Shown here: positions 26,953 to 32,000 of the stretch, piece by piece
Numbering within the stretch: the first letter of the stretch is position 1
How the letters are laid out: the number at the start of each line of letters is the position of its first letter
Origin: Prochlorococcus marinus subsp. pastoris str. CCMP1986
GTDB taxonomy: Bacteria; Cyanobacteriota; Cyanobacteriia; PCC-6307; Cyanobiaceae
NCBI RefSeq assembly: GCF_000011465.1
Contig: NC_005072.1
Location: forward strand, 870,001 to 902,000
DNA: 32,000 bases
Reading direction: 5' to 3'
The notes under the pieces: model-generated
What the model was told of the DNA's origin: nothing
The model's database searches: none
What the model saw: the letters and a program-made list of their open reading frames with translations, nothing else
Made by a program: the position numbers and the translations under genes

Positions 26953-28989
26953 TTATTGGTTAGAAGAAAAATTCCCACAACGTTGTTTATCAAGAAAATT
27001 GATATGTTCTCTTTCTAGGTAATATAATTCTTGAAATTTTATAGCATCAGAGTTTAAATCTTTGAATACATCTTCAATCTCTTTATTAGAATCTGTAGGT
27101 TCTAAGGAAGAATTATCGATTAAAATAGAAATACAGTTTTCCAAAGTTTTTAGTCTTTGCGAACCCCAGGATTCAATAAGATGTCTACATCTTTTTAATG
27201 ATTTATATCTTTCAAGAAGTGATAAAGTACCCAGAAGATTATGTTTAGAATTTTTTAAAGTGGTTAAAAATAATTCATCTGGATTAATAAAAGTATTGAT
27301 TTTATTTGAGACTTCTAAATCATTAAGAGCTAAATGATCAGGCAATAATGAAATCAAGTTTATTGAAGTAAATTCATTATTTAATTGTTTATTATTGGGA
27401 TCTTTCAAATCATCTAAATAATTTGCACTTAAATTATTTACTTCTATTGTTGAAATAGATTCCCAAACAAGACGAATGTATTCAGTATTGAAGATGTTAA
27501 TTTCTCTTTTAAGTAATTCTTCACGAATAAAAAGTCTATGTTCAGGGCAATGCAAATAGTAATAAATAATCTCTGATTCATTTTTTTCACGCTGACTAAC
27601 TTCACTTGGTTGTTCAAATTTTTTTGATCTACCATGCCAACGAAATCCTTTAACTTGTTTTCTTAAGTCTTCTTCAAATTTAATAGCTAATCTTGCTTGA
27701 CCCATGCTTAATCTTTCAGAGACTTTTTGCAAATAGTGAGTTCTTGTAGCAGATTGAGGAAATTTGCTTAATAACTTAACTAACGAAGAAATAACGTTCT
27801 GAAAAATATCAGATTTAGATAAGTCTTTATTATCAAAAATCTGATCAATCTCCCAATCAATCCAAAAAGAAGCATTATCTATTAAATTAAAATAGTCTTC
27901 TGGTGTATTTTCTTTAAGATACTCGTCAGGATCTTTTGATGATTTTATTTCTAGGATTTTTAAGTTTATTTGATCGTGAAGAGATAAACTTTCAACTTCG
28001 TTTATAACTCTTTTTGTAGCTAATCTTCCTGCATTATCAGAATCAAAGTTTATTATTATATTTTTACTATCAGTACATCTACAAAGTTGTGAAATCTGAT
28101 ATTTGTTTAATGCCGTTCCAAGAGAAGCGACAGAATTAGTAATTCCTTTTGAATGAAGTGAAATAACATCGAAATAACCTTCCACTACCACTGCCTTGTC
28201 TCGTTTTCTAATATTGCTGGATGCTTTATCAAAAGCAAACAACATTTTACCCTTCTCAAAAACTTCAGTTTCGGGAGAATTTAAATATTTAGGTTCCTGA
28301 CCATCAAGAGATCTGCCTCCAAAAGCAACTACACGCCCTTGCATATCAAAAATAGGAACTATCAATCTATTTCTAAAGCGATCGTAAACCTTATCAGTAT
28401 TATCCTTTGAGACAACAAGACCTGCACTTAAAATTAACTTTAAAGGAAATTTCTCAACTTTTGAAAGATAATTGAATAAATCATTCCATGAATTAGGAGC
28501 ATAACCTAATTCAAAATCATTAATATTTTTAATATTTAAATTTCGTTGTGAAGTTAAATAATGATGTGCCTCCTTACCCAAGGAATTATTTAATTGAGAC
28601 TTAAACCATTCCTTTGTTACACGAAGAATCTTATAAAGTTCCTCTCTCCTAGATAATTGTTTTTTATATATTTCTTGCTGAGGCCCATCAACATTTATTA
28701 CATTAATATCATTCTTTTTTGCAAGTGAAAGAACAACATCAGTAAAGTTATTACGAGTAAACTCCATCAAAAATTTAATAGAATTACCCCCAGCTCCACA
28801 AGAGAAACAATAATAAAATTGTTTTGCAGGAGAAACTGTCATAGATGGCTTACTATCATCATGAAAAGGGCATATACCAACAAATTCTTTTCCCTTTTTC
28901 TTTAATACAATATGTTCAGAAATAACATCTACAATATCTGCCTTATCTTTAACCTCCTGAATAGTTCTTGGATGTATGGAAGGTCCCAT
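26953..28989 (-). CDS. dnaG: DNA primase
   Basis: Zinc ribbon CPFHDDSKPSMTVSPAKQFYYCFSCGAGGNSIKF, RNA-polymerase-domain RFRNRLIVPIFD..GRVVAFGGR and TOPRIM VVVEGYFDVISL. Confidence 0.95.
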   Translation of the reverse strand: MGPSIHPRTIQEVKDKADIVDVISEHIVLKKKGKEFVGICPFHDDSKPSMTVSPAKQFYYCFSCGAGGNSIKFLMEFTRNNFTDVVLSLAKKNDINVINVDGPQQEIYKKQLSRREELYKILRVTKEWFKSQLNNSLGKEAHHYLTSQRNLNIKNINDFELGYAPNSWNDLFNYLSKVEKFPLKLILSAGLVVSKDNTDKVYDRFRNRLIVPIFDMQGRVVAFGGRSLDGQEPKYLNSPETEVFEKGKMLFAFDKASSNIRKRDKAVVVEGYFDVISLHSKGITNSVASLGTALNKYQISQLCRCTDSKNIIINFDSDNAGRLATKRVINEVESLSLHDQINLKILEIKSSKDPDEYLKENTPEDYFNLIDNASFWIDWEIDQIFDNKDLSKSDIFQNVISSLVKLLSKFPQSATRTHYLQKVSERLSMGQARLAIKFEEDLRKQVKGFRWHGRSKKFEQPSEVSQREKNESEIIYYYLHCPEHRLFIREELLKREINIFNTEYIRLVWESISTIEVNNLSANYLDDLKDPNNKQLNNEFTSINLISLLPDHLALNDLEVSNKINTFINPDELFLTTLKNSKHNLLGTLSLLERYKSLKRCRHLIESWGSQRLKTLENCISILIDNSSLEPTDSNKEIEDVFKDLNSDAIKFQELYYLEREHINFLDKQRCGNFSSNQ

Positions 28990-29087
28990 TTATTTATTTT
29001 TCTAAAAAGAATTCCTAATAATCATTTTGTTATAGGTCAAATTTTTAAAAGAATCTACTTAATTTCACAATAAAAATATTTTTAGTA

Positions 29088-29975
29088 ATGCTTATAGAAT
29101 TTTTTAATCAAAAGAATAATTCATTTAAAAAAGTAAATTTAATATTGGCATCGTTTTTCTTCAGCCTCATGACTGTTTGCGTAAAAAAAATCGATACAAG
29201 AATACCTATATATGAATTAGTATTTTTTAGATCATTATTAAGCTTGTTCATTACCTCTATGATAATAAACAAAAAAAATTTAAATCCCTGGGGAAAGAAC
29301 AAACCATTACTAATTTTAAGGGGCATCTTAGGGACGATAGCTTTGGTTTGTATATTTTATGCTATTAAAAATATGCCTTTAAATATTTCTACTGTTATTC
29401 AATATACATACCCTATATTCATATCTATTTTTGCAGGAATTTTAATTAATGAAAAGATTAATAAAAATCTGATTATTGCATCCATAACAGGATGGTTAGG
29501 AATATTAATAATCTTAAATCCCTATCAATTATCGAGTTTAAACATTGAGTTAGATAAATTTACGGTATTAATAGCATTTCTTGGTGCTATATCAACAGCC
29601 CTAGCTTACATAACTGTAAAAAAACTATCATTAACAGAAGATATTTTCATAATAATTAAATATTTTCCTTTAATATCCGTAATAACATTATCTCCAATTG
29701 TATTTTTCAATTGGGTGACACCAAATATTAATGATTTAATTTGGATATTAGGTATAGGAATGTTTACCCAAGCTGGACAAACATTTTTAACAATTGGATT
29801 AAAGAAATTACCAACCTCAGAAGCGGCTAGGATAAATTATTTGCAAGTACTTTTTGGCTCTTTATGGGGAATCCTGTTCTTCAATGAACTAATAAATATT
29901 AACTTTATTGTTGGTGCGGTACTTGTTTTGTTAGGAACTATTATATCTACTAGCAAAAAACTAAAAAAGATTTAA
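29088..29975 (+). CDS. EamA/DMT superfamily transporter (10-TM permease)
   Basis: 295 aa with two repeated 5-TM halves. Each half has the EamA-like pattern (..R.l.g...l...f.Al...p....) and ends in FNE....G..LVL.G. Confidence 0.8.
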   Translation: MLIEFFNQKNNSFKKVNLILASFFFSLMTVCVKKIDTRIPIYELVFFRSLLSLFITSMIINKKNLNPWGKNKPLLILRGILGTIALVCIFYAIKNMPLNISTVIQYTYPIFISIFAGILINEKINKNLIIASITGWLGILIILNPYQLSSLNIELDKFTVLIAFLGAISTALAYITVKKLSLTEDIFIIIKYFPLISVITLSPIVFFNWVTPNINDLIWILGIGMFTQAGQTFLTIGLKKLPTSEAARINYLQVLFGSLWGILFFNELININFIVGAVLVLLGTIISTSKKLKKI

Positions 29976-29989
29976 AATTAAAAAAAAGT

Positions 29990-30349
29990 ATGTTTCTAAT
30001 GAAATTTTTCTTATTAGCATTTTTCAGTCTTTATCCATTTCTCCAAGTAAAAGCATCAACTCCTAAATCTGTAACATGCACTAGGACTGAATATAGGGAA
30101 GAATATATTCCCGGTACAAAATCAAGTCCTGGTTATGTAAGAAATTACGAAATTGATGTTGAAATTCCATGTGGAGGAGAAAAGGCCAAAAATATTGATG
30201 ACAATGACTGTAGTGAGGGATCAGTAATAGGCGGACTACTTGGAGCTGGAATAGCTCTCTCTTCATCTAGAGGCAAAGATAGATTTTGGGCTGTCCCAGC
30301 AGGAGGCACAGCAGGTGCTCTAATTGGATGTCAGGTGGATGGTGGTTAA
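29990..30349 (+). CDS. Secreted or outer-membrane glycine-zipper protein (17-kDa-antigen-like C-terminus)
   Basis: N-terminal signal peptide (MKFFLLAFFSLYPFLQVKAS) and a C-terminal glycine-zipper segment GSVIGGLLGAGIAL....PAGGTAGALIG. Confidence 0.55.
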   Translation: MFLMKFFLLAFFSLYPFLQVKASTPKSVTCTRTEYREEYIPGTKSSPGYVRNYEIDVEIPCGGEKAKNIDDNDCSEGSVIGGLLGAGIALSSSRGKDRFWAVPAGGTAGALIGCQVDGG

Positions 30350-31009
30350 TTGATTAGTTGGATAAAGGGAGAATTAGTAAGTTCATGGCAAGCTAATAAT
30401 AAATTTTATATTTTAGTAAACTGTCAGGGATTAGGTTATGAAATTCAGACCCTAGAATCAGTATTTTTTGATATCAATTCAAATAAGATTTCTGAAAAGG
30501 AAATAATCCTCTGGCTAAAACATATAAAAAAAGAAGATTCTGATATGCTCTTTGGTTTTAGCACCAAGGACCAAAGAGATTTCTTTATTCAAATTTTAAA
30601 TATTAAAGGTATAGGCTCCCAAATCGGGATGTCTTTATTAAATAAATTTTCCTTAAATCAATTAATTACGGCAATATCTAATAATGACAAAAAATCGATT
30701 AGTACTGTTCAAGGTATTGGGCAAAAAATGACTGAACGAATAATCCTTGAGCTGAAAAGTAAGGTAATTAATAAAGAAATTGAAAAAGAGAATTTAAATA
30801 TAAATAATTTCCTAGAAAAAAATAAAGACTTAGATTCAATTTTTAAAGATATTGATTTAACACTTCAATCTTTAAACTATTCTAAGAAAGAAATTAAAAA
30901 CCTATTTCCAAAACTTATTAATAATATTAAAAATTCATCCTTAGAAAAAGAATCTATTTCTTTTGAAAATTTATTAAAAGAAGCCATGAATTATTTAGAC
31001 CATAAATAG
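30350..31009 (+). CDS. ruvA: Holliday junction ATP-dependent DNA helicase subunit RuvA
   Basis: MISWIKGELV... matches the RuvA OB-fold N-terminus. The two HhH motifs are IKGIGSQIGMSLL and VQGIGQKMTERIILELK. The TTG start directly abuts the previous stop codon. Confidence 0.85.
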   Translation: MISWIKGELVSSWQANNKFYILVNCQGLGYEIQTLESVFFDINSNKISEKEIILWLKHIKKEDSDMLFGFSTKDQRDFFIQILNIKGIGSQIGMSLLNKFSLNQLITAISNNDKKSISTVQGIGQKMTERIILELKSKVINKEIEKENLNINNFLEKNKDLDSIFKDIDLTLQSLNYSKKEIKNLFPKLINNIKNSSLEKESISFENLLKEAMNYLDHK

Positions 31010-31015
31010 TAGTAA

Positions 31016-31046
31016 TTTAGACCAGTAACGTAGTAATATGTCTAAA
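31016..31046 (+). promoter_or_regulatory. Hairpin in the rpsO 5' leader (candidate S15 autoregulatory or attenuator element)
   Basis: TTTAGAC (31016-31022) pairs with GTCTAAA (31040-31046) across a 17-nt loop. The 3' arm runs directly into the AAGG Shine-Dalgarno-like sequence, about 13 nt before the rpsO ATG. Confidence 0.35.
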
Positions 31047-31060
31047 GGTAGATAATTTTC

Positions 31061-31330
31061 ATGACTCTAGATACAGCGGAAAAACAGAAACTAATTGAAT
31101 CGCATCAAGTACATGCAACAGATACAGGATCTGTTGAGGTGCAAGTTGCTATGCTTTCTGAAAGAATTTCAAAATTAAGTGACCATCTACAGGGAAATAT
31201 TCACGATTATGCATCAAGACAGGGCCTATTAAAAATGATAGGAAAAAGAAAAAGGTTACTATCATACATAAAAGGTAAAAATCCCCAAAACTATCAAGAT
31301 CTAATTAAAAAAATTGGAATCAGAGGATGA
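31061..31330 (+). CDS. rpsO: 30S ribosomal protein S15
   Basis: 89 aa with [32 protein letters not shown], the canonical S15 sequence. Confidence 0.97.
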   Translation: MTLDTAEKQKLIESHQVHATDTGSVEVQVAMLSERISKLSDHLQGNIHDYASRQGLLKMIGKRKRLLSYIKGKNPQNYQDLIKKIGIRG

Positions 31331-31336
31331 TTTCCA

Positions 31337-31786
31337 TTGATGAAGAAAAAACAAGCTAAAAAGAAAAATCTTTCAAAAAAGAAAAAAATATCTGAGGTCG
31401 ATGCCTTTAGAAATATTGAAAAGAAAGTTCCATCATTAACCCAAAAAAGCAAACAATCTAGCGGTATACCAAAATATGTAGCTGACAGAATGGCTAGGAG
31501 AATCTTTTTTACGGCTGGAATACCAACAATTATGGGTATGTCAGTGTTTGTTATAAGTTATATAATCGTCACAAGAAATATTGCTGAAATTCCTCCTTCT
31601 TCAACAATAGCAATATCAGCATTATTCTTTTTATTAGGACTAGGGGGGTTAAGTTTTGGAATATTATCTGCTAGTTGGGATAAAGAACCAGGAAGTTTTT
31701 TTGGTATAGAAAATATCCCCTTAAATATTCAAAGAGCAAAGGCTGCATTTAAACCAGCATCTCAAAACTTTGATGAGAAAAAGTAA
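31337..31786 (+). CDS. PAM68-like (DUF3464) two-TM protein, putative photosystem II CP47 assembly factor
   Basis: Lys-rich N-terminus, then GIPKYVADRMARRIFFTAGIPT (TM1) and GGLSFGILSASWDKEPGSFFG after TM2. This pattern is as I recall it for the cyanobacterial Pam68/Sll0933 family. The real start is probably the ATG at 31340. Confidence 0.55.
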   Translation: MMKKKQAKKKNLSKKKKISEVDAFRNIEKKVPSLTQKSKQSSGIPKYVADRMARRIFFTAGIPTIMGMSVFVISYIIVTRNIAEIPPSSTIAISALFFLLGLGGLSFGILSASWDKEPGSFFGIENIPLNIQRAKAAFKPASQNFDEKK

Positions 31787-31787
31787 A

Positions 31788-32000
31788 TTATGCAATCATA
31801 GATTTCAAATTTACTTGAAAAGACTTATCAGAGAGTAATTTCGAAACACCAAGAATATCTCCAACACAAAATTGATCTCCAAACTTAACATAAGTTATAG
31901 AGTCATTATTTCTAACAGCAGCTAATACTGGAATTTTAATTCCACATTTATCTCTATCTGGTTTAAATTTAACTAAACAATCTCTTATTGTGTTTTGAAT
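31788..32000 (-). CDS. 3' end (last 70 codons) of a gene continuing beyond the window; product not identifiable from this fragment (possibly the DNA polymerase III alpha subunit C-terminus)
   Basis: The reverse frame is open from 32000 to a TAA at 31788-31790 and reads ...IKIPVLAAVRNNDSITYVKFGDQFCVGDILGVSKLLSDKSFQVNLKSMIA*. The dnaE suggestion rests only on my vague recollection of cyanobacterial DnaE tails and synteny. Confidence 0.5.
   Translation of the reverse strand: MQNTIRDCLVKFKPDRDKCGIKIPVLAAVRNNDSITYVKFGDQFCVGDILGVSKLLSDKSFQVNLKSMIA

Noticed and set aside
17517-30266. More shadow ORFs: 17517..17702, 17757..17960, 19879..20088, 23189..23479, 24858..25064, 26291..26539, 27062..27337, 27444..27635, 29108..29326 and 30081..30266.
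   Set aside because: The reasoning is the same: they are embedded in perM, secD, rsmA, umuD, umuC, dnaG, EamA and the glycine-zipper gene. No independent signals support them.
1-32000. Search for tRNA, rRNA, CRISPR arrays, IS or transposase genes, integrases, phage genes, toxin-antitoxin pairs and known defence-system genes.
   Set aside because: No intergenic region is long enough or shows T-arm-like GTTCGAATC motifs. I noticed no spaced direct-repeat arrays, and every sizeable ORF is accounted for by a housekeeping family or a small hypothetical. The small MazG-like gene is a nucleotide pyrophosphohydrolase, not a MazEF toxin module. I conclude the window is core genome rather than an island.

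Overview
The window is strongly AT-rich and very tightly packed, with about 40 CDS, many 0-30 nt spacers and several overlapping stop/start codons. The gene content is ycf19/YGGT, psb28, a GUN4-domain protein, a PAM68-like protein, glnA with an NtcA-type box, pdhB-secD-secF and ksgA-ispE. This points to a marine picocyanobacterium, most likely a high-light-adapted Prochlorococcus; that assignment is inference from composition and gene content, not a database hit. Nearly every gene is recognisable core housekeeping. On the + strand: ilvA (5'-truncated), scpB, ycf19, pyk, an ABC permease, bioY, lspA, a membrane GTPase, tadA, glnA, a methyltransferase, selU, psb28, a PerM-like permease, rlmH, umuDC, an EamA transporter, ruvA and rpsO. 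On the - strand: a small MazG-like protein, a group II PLP decarboxylase, an AGXT-type aminotransferase, an RsbW-like kinase, GUN4, secF, secD, pdhB, ispE, rsmA and dnaG. I found no rRNA, tRNA, CRISPR array, transposase, integrase or phage genes, and nothing that looks like an accessory or defence island. By my reading this is an ordinary core region. The best candidate for something undescribed is modest. A LexA-type near-palindrome sits upstream of a translationally coupled umuD-umuC pair, and an uncharacterised 151-aa HExxH (zincin-like) ORF follows 9 nt later, apparently as a third operon member. Secondary observations are a repeat and hairpin structure in the rpsO leader, a group II decarboxylase with NPQK instead of NPHK at the PLP-lysine motif, a pyruvate kinase C-terminal swivel-like domain without the T-S-H motif, an orphan RsbW-like kinase behind GUN4, and extreme intergenic compaction. 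All product calls come from reading motifs in the supplied translations. No searches were run.
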